A DNA stretch of 64,000 bases from a bacterium. GTDB lineage: Bacteria > Hinthialibacterota > Hinthialibacteria > Hinthialibacterales > Hinthialibacteraceae. The DNA lies in assembly GCA_963662285.2 (NCBI GenBank), contig CAXXMV010000001.1, forward strand, positions 64,001-128,000. Reading direction: 5' to 3'. This document shows positions 34,807-44,611 of the stretch, piece after piece; position 1 is the stretch's first letter; each line of letters starts with the position of its first letter. Position numbers and translations under genes: made by a program. A model generated the notes under the pieces. The model saw nothing but the letters and a program-made list of their open reading frames with translations, had not been told where the DNA came from and did no database searches.

Positions 34807-36504
34807 TCACCATAGATATGCGTATACCGCCGCTATGGTTAAGGTGGGGACTAACCACCATATCCAGAGATTACTGTACCATGCTGCGCCTGATGCATTC
34901 AACATACTGGAATCCCACATGTTGTCTTCAGGCGTTGTGCGCTTGATTCCCAGTAAAACAATTAGCACCGACATGGTAACCAGCACCAAGACGGCCATCA
35001 ATGTTGCGCTGAATGAGGCCATAATGAATATTGGAATTACGGTAATCGCAGAATAAATCCAACCAGACAACCAAGTGCGGTTGTAGGAAAAACAGATTAG
35101 CAATGCGATTGACGACAGCGTCATGGCGCCAGCGAAAACCAGGGGATTGGCTAAATTAGTCGGCAGAAGTTCAATGCCGTAGTCAGACAGAATAACTTTT
35201 GAAATAATAAAGGGGATGGAAAGTATTGATATCCATAAACAGATGACCGCGCCTCTCTCATTAGCCTTTTTCCAAAGAGCGCCCGCTAAAAATATGATTA
35301 CAATGGGAGCGGCCATCGGCGCCCAGATATCCTGCGCATAGCGGAATAAATTATCCCATTTCATCACGATAGGAGCGATCAAGGCCCCGATCAGCAAAGC
35401 GATTCCTCCCGACCATCTACCGATGCTCACAAGGTCTTTTTCCGCCCAATTCTTCCCCTTCCAGCGTTGAACTAAATCGAGCGTTACCAATGTTGAAACC
35501 GAATTAACCAGGCCGGAGATGGTAGACATAATAGCGCCTACTATGGCTGCGGCCACCAGTCCTCTAAGTCCGGTCGGCACTACCGCCGCCACGACCATGG
35601 GATAAGCGGCGTCAGCATCGATCAAGTTGGGATTTATTACGCGGTATACCATGCCGGGAAATGTCGTGGCCAATGGCAGAAATATCTGTAACATCATGGC
35701 AATTATGATGCCCATTTTGGCATGCCATTCATTACGCGCTGCCAGACAGCGCTGGTTGATGTACTGATTGGTGGCGTAGTACCATAGATGTGAGGTTAAC
35801 AGCATACTGGCCAAAGCGGTCCAGGGTACTTCGTGATCAGCGGGCGTTATCAAGTGCGCTTGATCTCCGGTTCCCAGGATTGCTTGGAAATCCCAACCTA
35901 TCATGGACATTCCAGCGAAAAAGACATATATGCCGCCGCCCATCAATAACACGCATTGAAACGAACTGGTCCAGGCCACAGCCGTCAATCCGCCATAGAT
36001 TGTATATAAACCCGTTATTAGAGCGATAGCCCAGACAGCGGTTAGTTGATCGATGCCCCACATCATTTCCAGAGCGTATCCTGCGGTATAAAACACCACG
36101 GCGAAATTGACCAGGACGTAACTGGCGATTAACAGGCAGGCGTACAGCGTCCTGGTTTGGCCGCCATAGCGCTTCTCCAGATATTCGGGCATGGTGGTGA
36201 CTTTGTTACGAAAATATAGCGGGATGAAAATCCATAATAGCAGAGTTAAAGCAGGGAATACCGACCATTCCCAATTGGCTACCGGCATACCCAGCTTATA
36301 GGCGTAGCCCACTTCACCGACAAATTGTTCTGAACTGATGCCCGCCGCCACAATTGAAAAACCAATGGCATAGAATGGCAGGCGGTTGCCGCCGCGAAAG
36401 TAGCCGCTGATGGTATTACGCTGCTTTCGCGCAGTGACAATACCGATAACCATTACCAGAACGAAATAACTTAAGAAGCAGACCAGGTCGATATTATTGA
36501 ACAT
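34807..36504 (-). CDS. Sodium:solute symporter (SLC5/SSS, sugar type)
   Basis: GYFRGGNRLP, ISSEQFVG, TMPEYLEKRY, YTIYGGLTAVAWT, NQYINQRCLAA and AIMSTISG motifs; about 14 TM helices. Confidence 0.93.
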   Translation of the reverse strand: MFNNIDLVCFLSYFVLVMVIGIVTARKQRNTISGYFRGGNRLPFYAIGFSIVAAGISSEQFVGEVGYAYKLGMPVANWEWSVFPALTLLLWIFIPLYFRNKVTTMPEYLEKRYGGQTRTLYACLLIASYVLVNFAVVFYTAGYALEMMWGIDQLTAVWAIALITGLYTIYGGLTAVAWTSSFQCVLLMGGGIYVFFAGMSMIGWDFQAILGTGDQAHLITPADHEVPWTALASMLLTSHLWYYATNQYINQRCLAARNEWHAKMGIIIAMMLQIFLPLATTFPGMVYRVINPNLIDADAAYPMVVAAVVPTGLRGLVAAAIVGAIMSTISGLVNSVSTLVTLDLVQRWKGKNWAEKDLVSIGRWSGGIALLIGALIAPIVMKWDNLFRYAQDIWAPMAAPIVIIFLAGALWKKANERGAVICLWISILSIPFIISKVILSDYGIELLPTNLANPLVFAGAMTLSSIALLICFSYNRTWLSGWIYSAITVIPIFIMASFSATLMAVLVLVTMSVLIVLLGIKRTTPEDNMWDSSMLNASGAAWYSNLWIWWLVPTLTIAAVYAYLW

Positions 36505-36576
36505 CTTATATCCTCCGGAGAGTGTATTGAAAATGCTCTATTTAATAGTGTGTCCATTTCCATGTCAGTGATTCTT

Positions 36577-36787
36577 GGTGGGCTACGCTTTCGCTTTTAG
36601 CCCACCCTACGCGTAGTCTATTTCTATGTCAGTAAGCGTTTTCCGTTTGGTTCTTTTCATTGCCTTTGGCGCCCATGTGGTGTCATTAAGTTGAGGAATT
36701 TAAGCCTATCGTTGGTGGCTTGATCAAGGGCTGAGCGCAATGCGCTCTTGCCCTTGGCACCCAATCCTACCGCTTAAGTTAATGATA
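36577..36787. repeat. REP-like repeats; 36681-36787 is bracketed by an imperfect TIR pair (MITE-like)
   Basis: Near-identical copies of the 15537 and 15585 repeats. TGTCATTAAGTTGAG...CTTAAGTTAATGATA form an imperfect inverted pair. Confidence 0.7.
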
Positions 36788-36827
36788 TCGCCCACTAGGG
36801 GGGCGCCCTATATTAAGCATTTTATGA

Positions 36828-37508
36828 TTAGTGCAAACGGTGGTTGCTGGTGAATTTTTGCATATCAAAATCCGCCAAATCATCCAATACCAAATCCGCA
36901 TGGGATAAATCCTGCATATGAACATTTTTACGTAGTAAACCAACGCAATGCATACCCGCTTGCTTGGCTGCCAGCACGCCTACGTGTGAATCCTCGAATA
37001 CGATGCAGTTTTCCGGTTTGCAGTTCATCTTTTCTGACGCCGCCAGATAGCAAGTTGGATCAGGTTTGCCGGGATGGTAATCTTCGGCGCCCAGGAAAAA
37101 ATCGAGATGAGATGCGACGCCCATCATTTCAATCCCTTCCTCAATTTCAAACCGGGGGGCGCCGGATACGATAGCTACGGAATAATCCGATGAGAGTTGT
37201 TTCAGTAGATCGATTGACGAATGAATGCGGATGTCCATTTTATCGCGCAACGCTACGAAATGCCTGCGCACTGCAATCCCCAATGATTCCATTGTAGGAA
37301 AAGCGCCAGGAAAGCGTTGATTCGTTGCTTTATAAATATCGGGCCATGATACGCCGTAAACCAATTTAATAATTTCTTCTTGTGAAATTTCGCAATCTTT
37401 CTCTGAGAATGCCTGCGTTACTGCCTCAACATAAAGTATTTCCGTATTAATCAAAGTACCGTCCATATCAAACAATACGGCGCGAATATCAATATTTTCT
37501 TTTGGCAT
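36828..37508 (-). CDS. HAD-family phosphatase (beta-PGM/YqaB-like)
   Basis: FDMDGTL, GKPDP and VFEDSHVG motifs. Confidence 0.92.
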   Translation of the reverse strand: MPKENIDIRAVLFDMDGTLINTEILYVEAVTQAFSEKDCEISQEEIIKLVYGVSWPDIYKATNQRFPGAFPTMESLGIAVRRHFVALRDKMDIRIHSSIDLLKQLSSDYSVAIVSGAPRFEIEEGIEMMGVASHLDFFLGAEDYHPGKPDPTCYLAASEKMNCKPENCIVFEDSHVGVLAAKQAGMHCVGLLRKNVHMQDLSHADLVLDDLADFDMQKFTSNHRLH

Positions 37509-37566
37509 TAAATGATTCCTTAATAAATTATTTAAGCGGATAATCCACCATTATATGTCAATTTCT

Positions 37567-39528
37567 CTAGTTAGACTTGATTGAAATAGTCACTTCAAAT
37601 TCCGAGATCGTGTCGCCTTTTCGGTATTGTTTATTCTTGATGAAGTTTAGATACAGATAATCCGTTGTCCTGGCTCGCGTGGGTTTAAGTGAACTTATAT
37701 AGACTGCATTCAACGGTGATTCGCTTTGGATAGACAGTATTTGATCGATTTCAATGCGTTTCTCATTTGATTCGAGGGACTTCCCACTATGCGCCATGAT
37801 CCGGTTTTGTTTGCCATCCATGAATACATCACGATAGCCTTTTTCGTATATCCAATTTGGATTATTTAATATCCCGATCAGACCGGTTTGAACTTGATCA
37901 ATTTCAATATCATTCAATGCAATCAACTTTTCGCTTATCAACCAATTTCCATTGGGGTATGAATGGTAATGCAAATCAGCGCGAATTTGATTTTTACCAT
38001 GATCCAATTGCATACGGACATCGAATTCATTGTCAGTATGCTCTACATCAATAGTGTTGATGGAAACATCTAATGCTTTGGATTGACCATTTAAGCGGAC
38101 CGCGCCGATGCCATTACGCTGATCTGGCGAGACGATTCTATCCAGTCGGTTGGCTACAGTCTGCGCCATTACCTTTGCGCCCCAACTGAAGGTGTGAATC
38201 GCATGGGGAGTGCGGTTAATTATTATTTTACCCGTGTCTAAACGCCGGACGCCCGATCGTTCATGGTATGCATTGTGGATGGGTGGACCTATTTTTAGCG
38301 TCAGCCAGGCTCTTAATAGATAGTAGATGCAGTCGGATTGAGTGGATGCGAAGAAGAATTCTTCATCCAGATAAACCTGTCCTGATGGGGAGCGTTGCTG
38401 CATTTTCTCGTGCGTATCAAACGAGCGCATGGCCAGGGTCCATGCGTCGGGATCATGACCATACGCCGCCATTAATATGTGCGGGAAAAACCAGTCGGAA
38501 TTGTTGAAAAGACGCCAATCCTGTCCGGAAGGATATACAATGCCGCCATCGGGCAGCGAGAACCACTTAAGGTTTTCATAAATCCCTGCGACATTAAACC
38601 TGAGCGCTTCGGGCGCCCGCCGCTTGGTCATGACGTAATCAATGAAGCAACTCATCGAAAGCGTGAATGTACTCATGTAATCAGGATGAACGATACTGTG
38701 ATTTTCCAAGGTGAAGTCATCGTATACATTGGCGCCGTAAAATTGCTCTGAGACGGGACGGCCATCAACCATAACTGCTGAATTTTTATCTGCGGGACGT
38801 TGGAATGATGACAGCACCCATTTTTGAAATTCGCGTTCCCACACATCGCGTTGAGAATCCTGAGGCATCAGTAGAATGGCGACAGAAAAGATTTGCGCAT
38901 TCCAGGCATTTTCTTCGGCTTTGGTGTCATTCTTCAGTTGGCTGGGCGGCGTCTGGCCGACGAATCGTTGCGCTTCGTGTTTGACTACGCGGCGGATGCC
39001 TTCTTTTAAGTCATCCGGCAGATCATTCCAAATCCACCATCCAGCCCGTCCCAGCATGTGCGCCCAATGGGCTGACTGCCAGGCGTCGCCCCACGGTTTC
39101 CCATCGCTGGTCATGCGGTCTCCCGTGTTATGAGTAGCGACCAGATAGCGCATCATGGGAATGATTTTTTGGTTCAATAATGCGTCACGCTCCAAACCGA
39201 CAGCCGATTTATCATAAGGACCGAACTGATAGAGGAACGATAAACCCGCCACTGTTCCAGTGTTGGGACGAATCCAATGTTCGCCGCTTTTACTGTCCGT
39301 CAAGAGCAGCATTGATTCATCTTCAGGCCAGGGGTGTAACTTGGATAACAAAAAACGCGCCTGGTGTTGGATGGATTGATATACCCGGTTTGAAATATCT
39401 CCTCTAATGCCCTGCCCGTTTTCTGATGGGATGGAAAAATTCAGTGGAAGCACTGTATCTTCTTGAGCAGGCGCATTTATGGTAGCAACCATAAAATTGA
39501 TTATTAATAATGGGATAATATATTTCAT
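37567..39528 (-). CDS. Secreted hypothetical protein (possible alpha/alpha-toroid lyase-like fold)
   Basis: Probable start MKYIIPLLII (signal peptide) at 39528. The N-terminal half is Trp/His-rich and helical (WGDAWQSAHWA, DTKAEENAW, TLENHSIVHPDY) and the C-terminal half is beta-rich. Confidence 0.7.
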   Translation of the reverse strand: MKYIIPLLIINFMVATINAPAQEDTVLPLNFSIPSENGQGIRGDISNRVYQSIQHQARFLLSKLHPWPEDESMLLLTDSKSGEHWIRPNTGTVAGLSFLYQFGPYDKSAVGLERDALLNQKIIPMMRYLVATHNTGDRMTSDGKPWGDAWQSAHWAHMLGRAGWWIWNDLPDDLKEGIRRVVKHEAQRFVGQTPPSQLKNDTKAEENAWNAQIFSVAILLMPQDSQRDVWEREFQKWVLSSFQRPADKNSAVMVDGRPVSEQFYGANVYDDFTLENHSIVHPDYMSTFTLSMSCFIDYVMTKRRAPEALRFNVAGIYENLKWFSLPDGGIVYPSGQDWRLFNNSDWFFPHILMAAYGHDPDAWTLAMRSFDTHEKMQQRSPSGQVYLDEEFFFASTQSDCIYYLLRAWLTLKIGPPIHNAYHERSGVRRLDTGKIIINRTPHAIHTFSWGAKVMAQTVANRLDRIVSPDQRNGIGAVRLNGQSKALDVSINTIDVEHTDNEFDVRMQLDHGKNQIRADLHYHSYPNGNWLISEKLIALNDIEIDQVQTGLIGILNNPNWIYEKGYRDVFMDGKQNRIMAHSGKSLESNEKRIEIDQILSIQSESPLNAVYISSLKPTRARTTDYLYLNFIKNKQYRKGDTISEFEVTISIKSN

Positions 39529-39568
39529 ATTGGTAGTTACTGCCTTTATGTTCGGTATGGAAAATTGA

Positions 39569-40762
39569 TTAATCTGCCTTGTCACAAGCCTGGATAAAGC
39601 TTTGTGCGGCTGCGTCTATCTCTTCATCGGTGGAATCGATATTGACGCCAAAGGCTGAACCAAGCCCGGCGTCCACAACGCCTATGCTGATGTTGATGGA
39701 GCGTTTCAGGACATCATCGGTACGGGGAAATTCCTCGATGGTGTGAGGATAGCCGCGTTCTTTAATATAACGAACCACCTGATCCATGTTGGAATAGACA
39801 TGCCAGCCCGTATCATCAACCGTTACTGTGTTCAGCATTTGGCTTACTTTAGCGGCTTTTTCCTGCGTATCGAAGATAACTGTCAGTAGCGACCCGCATT
39901 CTCCCTCTACGTCGTGCAGCGTGCGGAATTTCATTCCTTTTACGCCTGAGATTTGTTCTTTGAACCGGTTCTTTTTCTCGCGCATGGTTGCGGTTATTTT
40001 ATCCAGTTTGCGCAACTGAGCCAGAGCGAAAGCGCCTGTCAGTTCATTCATGCGGAAATTAAGCCCCATTATGCTGGGAGGCGCAATCTCCAGGATGCCG
40101 GATTTCTTCTTATAACCTTGATCGGTCATCGAAAAGGCGTATTGGTAATGTATATCATCGTTTGTGATAAGCATCCCACCGTCGCCCGCCGTGATGGTTT
40201 TGAATATATTCAACGAGTATCCGCCCAGTTCGCCGAAGGTTCCCACTTTCCTGCCTTTATACGAAGCGCCGCAGGCCTGACAGCAGTCTTCTATAACCGG
40301 CAGACCTTTTTTATTGGCGATATCCATGATGGCGTCCATATCGCATGGGTTGCCCAGGATATGAACCGGCATAATGGCTTTGGTTTTGGGGGTGATGCGC
40401 CGTTCGATGTCAGCTGGATCAATGCACAGGCTTTCGTCTATTTCGGTAAGCACTGGAATGGCGCCGAGAAAGATGGCGGCGCCGTATGAAGCGATGAAGG
40501 TATAGGTGGGGATGATAATCTCATCATCGGGTTTGAGGCCCATGGCGCTCAATGAAATCAATAGAGTGCTGGTTCCCGAACTGGTTGCTACGCAATGCCT
40601 GGCGCCGCAGTATTGCGCAAACTCTCTTTCAAGAGATAATACTTTGTGTTTAAAACTCGTATCGTTGAGGTCGCCATAACGATTTACCTTGCCGCTTTCC
40701 AGAACATCGAGTACTTCTTTTTTCTCTTCTTCACCAATCCAATAAGCTCCGGGTCCAGGCAT
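39569..40762 (-). CDS. DegT/DnrJ/EryC1/StrS PLP aminotransferase (KdnA-like subgroup)
   Basis: SSGTS, EDCCQACG, SLNIFKTITAGDGG (PLP Lys) and GLNFRMNE motifs. Confidence 0.9.
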   Translation of the reverse strand: MPGPGAYWIGEEEKKEVLDVLESGKVNRYGDLNDTSFKHKVLSLEREFAQYCGARHCVATSSGTSTLLISLSAMGLKPDDEIIIPTYTFIASYGAAIFLGAIPVLTEIDESLCIDPADIERRITPKTKAIMPVHILGNPCDMDAIMDIANKKGLPVIEDCCQACGASYKGRKVGTFGELGGYSLNIFKTITAGDGGMLITNDDIHYQYAFSMTDQGYKKKSGILEIAPPSIMGLNFRMNELTGAFALAQLRKLDKITATMREKKNRFKEQISGVKGMKFRTLHDVEGECGSLLTVIFDTQEKAAKVSQMLNTVTVDDTGWHVYSNMDQVVRYIKERGYPHTIEEFPRTDDVLKRSINISIGVVDAGLGSAFGVNIDSTDEEIDAAAQSFIQACDKAD

Positions 40763-40959
40763 ATCATCATCTCCTTAATTCGTGAATGATTCAATTTATG
40801 GTTGTCGAATCCATACTGAGTTTCAGTCTTGAATCAGAATCTATACCTTAACACACAATGCAATGTGAACGGAATAGTAATTGCCGCTTTTTAGATCGAA
40901 AAAATTCTGTTTTTAATCGATATTTATGTATAATCAACTATTCTGATTTGAAAGAGGCC

Positions 40960-41304
40960 ATGATGAATAAACTCGAACAAATAACTCAAAAGCGCAAAGA
41001 TGCTCACGCCAAACTGCTGGCGCTGAAATCTAAAGTATACCAGGCCTTTCTCACCATGGAAAAAGCCGCTTTTTCTGATGGCGCCTTACCCAAAAAAGAG
41101 AAAGAACTGATCGCCGTCGGTATATCAGTAGTGATTGATTGTGAATCTTGTATGCAATGGCATATCGAACAGTCGGCCAAATGCGGCGCTACAATACAGG
41201 AGATTCTGGAAGCCATCGAAGTGGGCATCGAAATGGGCGGCGGCCCCGCTACCGCATCAGCGCGTTTCGCACTCGATGTAATCGAAGATGCGTTCAAGGA
41301 TTAG
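40960..41304 (+). CDS. Carboxymuconolactone decarboxylase/AhpD family protein
   Basis: DGALPKKEKELIAVGISVVIDCESCMQWH. ATG 40960 follows GAGG. Confidence 0.88.
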   Translation: MMNKLEQITQKRKDAHAKLLALKSKVYQAFLTMEKAAFSDGALPKKEKELIAVGISVVIDCESCMQWHIEQSAKCGATIQEILEAIEVGIEMGGGPATASARFALDVIEDAFKD

Positions 41305-41332
41305 AGTATATGAAATAACGAAAGGAAATATC

Positions 41333-41773
41333 ATGATTACTCAAAAAATTTTGGCGTTGAACCTTGGATTCATCATCATAGTATTGCTGTGCGCTTTGTA
41401 TATGATCTCAAGCCCCAAGACTGCTGATACCAAAGAGCCGACCAAACTGGCGGTTGTGTGGAGCAGCGACGATCCCTATGTGGCGCACCGCGTCTGCCTG
41501 ATGTATACCCATGCCGCCCGGAATCAGAAATGGTTCGATGAAGTTGAACTGGTAGTCTGGGGGCCATCGGCCAAATTGCTCAGCGAAGACCAGGAACTGC
41601 AAAAGAAAGTCAAAGCCATGATGAATGATGGCGTAATTGTTGAAGCATGCGTCGCCTGCGCCAATGCTTATGGCGTTAGCGATGATCTGCGCGAGTTGGG
41701 GATAACCGTCAAAGGAATGGGCAAGCCGTTAACCGATTTCTTGCAGAAAGGCTGGAAAGTATTGACCTTTTAG
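41333..41773 (+). CDS. DsrE-family protein with an N-terminal signal/anchor
   Basis: VELVVWGPSAKL, VEACVACANAYGV and GWKVLTF motifs. Confidence 0.85.
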   Translation: MITQKILALNLGFIIIVLLCALYMISSPKTADTKEPTKLAVVWSSDDPYVAHRVCLMYTHAARNQKWFDEVELVVWGPSAKLLSEDQELQKKVKAMMNDGVIVEACVACANAYGVSDDLRELGITVKGMGKPLTDFLQKGWKVLTF

Positions 41774-41779
41774 ATATAT

Positions 41780-41819
41780 CCCCTTCCTCTAACTCCCCCC
41801 AAACTTGGGGGGAGAATTT
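41780..41819. repeat. REP-like palindrome
   Basis: CCCTTCCTCTAACTCCCCCCAAACTTGGGGGGAGAATTT, the same family as 15440 and 28841. Confidence 0.75.
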
Positions 41820-41826
41820 TACTTAC

Positions 41827-43140
41827 TCATACAATCCAGGGATCGCGCTTGGTCAATGACAGCATTTTGTTGGCTTCGTCATCATTGATGAAGCATTCTT
41901 TTATTGGATCCCATTTCAATTTACGGTTCAATTGCTTGGCGATGCCGCCGAGTAACATAACGCTGGCGGAGTGATGGGCTACGTTGACATTACAGATGGT
42001 TTGCTTACGGGTTTTGATGCATTCCAGGAAATTGCCCGAATGGCTGTCGCTGTGATAGACCTGGATATTATTGGCGCCCAGCGGCTTTTCAAGGATGCTG
42101 GGGGGTTTGGAAAGCAGATGTTCACGGTCGACGCCGATGCAGCCTTCTGATCCGAAATACCACCCGCCGCCGGTTTCACCGATTTTGTCGTCTTGATAGG
42201 GACGGCCATAAACTTTAACGCCATTCGCGTATACATAGACGGCGCTGCCATTTTCGATGCTGATCTCAACCGGGCCGGTTTTATCTGCATCCAGACACCA
42301 TTGTACAATATCATAATGATGCTGCCCCCAATTGATCCCGCCAAAACCAAATAAGTGAGCGTCTGAGCGGCCCTGATAGGGCATATCGGGCGCTGGTCCG
42401 AGCCATAAATCCCAATCCAATTCTTTGGGGATGGGTTGTTCCGCTTCGTGAGTTGTAGGCCAGATGGCGCCGCCGCCGTCGCGGAATGTATATATCTCTT
42501 TCAAATCGCCGATCCGTTGATTGCGCATGTACTCGCAGGCCACCCTGAACCGGGCGTCATATTCTGAGCGCTGCTGGGTTCCCGCCTGAAAGATGCATTT
42601 GTTTTCGGTGACGGCTTTAACCATCGCCTGACTTTCCGCGATGCAGACCGAGGTCGGTTTTTCGCAATAAATATCTTTCCCGGCTTTGGCGGCCAAGATC
42701 GCCATAGTGGCGTGCCAGTGGATGGGAGTGGCGATAAGAACGGCGTCTATATCTTTACGCGCCAGCACCTCACGGAAATCTTTATAGGCGGTAACTGATT
42801 GATATTCGCCTTTTTGATAGCGCTTGGCATAGAACTTATTAGCGCGGTAGCGAGAAACCTCACGCTTATTTTCCCAAACATCGCAAACCGCCAGGGTTTG
42901 AACGTCTTTACGTCCTATATATCCTTCGGGAAGATATGTCCATGCCTCGCCGAATAGATGCCCGTTGCCCATAGTTCCCATGCCGATAAAGGCCATGGTG
43001 ATCCGTTCGCTCGGCGCAACAGATTTATCGAGTCCCAGCGCGGAAGATGGTATTACGCTTGGCGCAGCCAAGGCCATTCCTACCAGGCTTCCACTATATT
43101 TGAGAAAATTCCGGCGTTTGATATTTTTGGATTGATCCAT
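41827..43140 (-). CDS. Tat-exported Gfo/Idh/MocA oxidoreductase
   Basis: Tat signal KRRNFLK, IGMGTMG, DAVLIATPIHWH, KDIYCEKP, GTQQRS and LDWDLWLGPAP. Confidence 0.92.
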   Translation of the reverse strand: MDQSKNIKRRNFLKYSGSLVGMALAAPSVIPSSALGLDKSVAPSERITMAFIGMGTMGNGHLFGEAWTYLPEGYIGRKDVQTLAVCDVWENKREVSRYRANKFYAKRYQKGEYQSVTAYKDFREVLARKDIDAVLIATPIHWHATMAILAAKAGKDIYCEKPTSVCIAESQAMVKAVTENKCIFQAGTQQRSEYDARFRVACEYMRNQRIGDLKEIYTFRDGGGAIWPTTHEAEQPIPKELDWDLWLGPAPDMPYQGRSDAHLFGFGGINWGQHHYDIVQWCLDADKTGPVEISIENGSAVYVYANGVKVYGRPYQDDKIGETGGGWYFGSEGCIGVDREHLLSKPPSILEKPLGANNIQVYHSDSHSGNFLECIKTRKQTICNVNVAHHSASVMLLGGIAKQLNRKLKWDPIKECFINDDEANKMLSLTKRDPWIV

Positions 43141-43417
43141 TGAACTCTATTCCTTTGCAGAGCGTTTGTTCCACATGCAGGCGATGCAGAAACATTTTAT
43201 ATATGGTTGAATTGATTCTCTCATAAAAAAGAGAGTCTTGTCAATCTGCCTTTTACTATAATTCACCTTAAAGAGAGGAGTAACTCCATTAACAGTATCG
43301 TATGCCTCTAAAGAGTTGAGCGTAGATCACATATTCTGGTAGTTTTTTTTTGACATGATCTAGTTTTGCATAGTATAATGTTAAGGTAATTATTACCCGG
43401 GAATGGAGTAAGAAAAA

Positions 43418-43645
43418 GTGAAGACTGCAGAAGAATATATTATTGGCTTCAATAAGCTTCCCCCGGAAGAGAAACAAATAGTCGTTGACTTTGTGATCTC
43501 TACCGAGGAAGAGGTATTCAAGGAAACCAAATATTCAGAAGAAGATTTGGCTTTACTCGACCAACGTTATGAAGAAGCCAAAAAAGGGATCAATGTAGAT
43601 AGATTTTCCTCGATGGAAGAAGCGATTAACTCAAAACTAGTTTGA
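43418..43645 (+). CDS. Small antitoxin-like protein (addiction-module type), no cognate toxin visible
   Basis: 75 aa with a GGAG RBS and GTG start. KLPPEEKQIVVDF...LLDQRYEEAKKG..FSSMEEAI resembles addiction-module antitoxins. Confidence 0.55.
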   Translation: MKTAEEYIIGFNKLPPEEKQIVVDFVISTEEEVFKETKYSEEDLALLDQRYEEAKKGINVDRFSSMEEAINSKLV

Positions 43646-43726
43646 ACAGAATTACTTATCTGTCGTTGGTCTATTATTGAATTTCCAGCATTACAATTAT
43701 TATTTGTAGAGAAGGATAAATCATTA

Positions 43727-44611
43727 CTAGGGAGTTGTAGAAGAATTAACACTACATGAATTCATTATTTCTATTTCAAGTTTTTTATTCTCAAGTAGTG
43801 ATGGTGGTTTAACTATTTCATTCCCAGTCGGTATCTGTGGTTCAATTAGGGATTCAGAGAGTTCAACATTACTTTGTGAATCTTTTAATTGCTCTCGTAT
43901 TTTATTGTTATTATTTTTCAACTCTCTTGAATCATTGTCGATAACCATAAAAGCACATAAAAGCATAAATGATAAAAGACCTAATGTAATAGCTCTACAT
44001 GAAGCTCTAAAGACTCCTATTCTATAGTTATTACACTCTGAAAGTTTGTCGCCACAGTGAAAAAACTCTTGTACAAAGAATCTCTTAACCTTATTAAGGT
44101 CAGCAAAAGACATGACTCTTTTCTGATTTGGGACGTAAACCGTTTGTACTCCAAAATGTACAAGAACAAGAAAGATCGCGCTTGTAATTAGTATTAAAGG
44201 AATTAAGATTAGCCATTTTATTTTTATATTTGGACTAACGAATGCAAGTGCAGTAATTAATAGAGCCGCTATGGTAAGAATAATCTTATTCTTCTCATCA
44301 ATGATTTGGCTTCTCTTTTCTTCATCATCATAATGGGAATGGGATGAACTTAATTGTATATCAAGAATCGCTGGATCAATTGACTCTTCGTTCTCTCCCA
44401 ATTGTTCGCTCTCTTCCCCTTGTTCTAAAGAAGTAAACATGCGATTTTTTTCTACTTCCTGATACGTATGTCCTGGATTAAGGATAAAGAGTAATATCCA
44501 AGTTATTCTATTTAAGCATTTTTCGTACCATTTCTCAAAAGTTTCAAATAATTTATTTATTCTATTGTTTAAGAGTATTAATAAAGGCATCTGAAATATT
44601 TGCTCCTCCAA
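43727..44611 (-). CDS. 3-TM membrane protein in the graspetide operon (start uncertain; ATG 44440 is an alternative)
   Basis: RSQIIDEKNKIILTIAALLITAL / WLILIPLILITSAIFLVLVHF / NNYRIGVFRASCRAITLGLLSFMLL. The ORF overlaps the end of the ATP-grasp gene. Confidence 0.7.
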   Translation of the reverse strand: MEEQIFQMPLLILLNNRINKLFETFEKWYEKCLNRITWILLFILNPGHTYQEVEKNRMFTSLEQGEESEQLGENEESIDPAILDIQLSSSHSHYDDEEKRSQIIDEKNKIILTIAALLITALAFVSPNIKIKWLILIPLILITSAIFLVLVHFGVQTVYVPNQKRVMSFADLNKVKRFFVQEFFHCGDKLSECNNYRIGVFRASCRAITLGLLSFMLLCAFMVIDNDSRELKNNNNKIREQLKDSQSNVELSESLIEPQIPTGNEIVKPPSLLENKKLEIEIMNSCSVNSSTTP

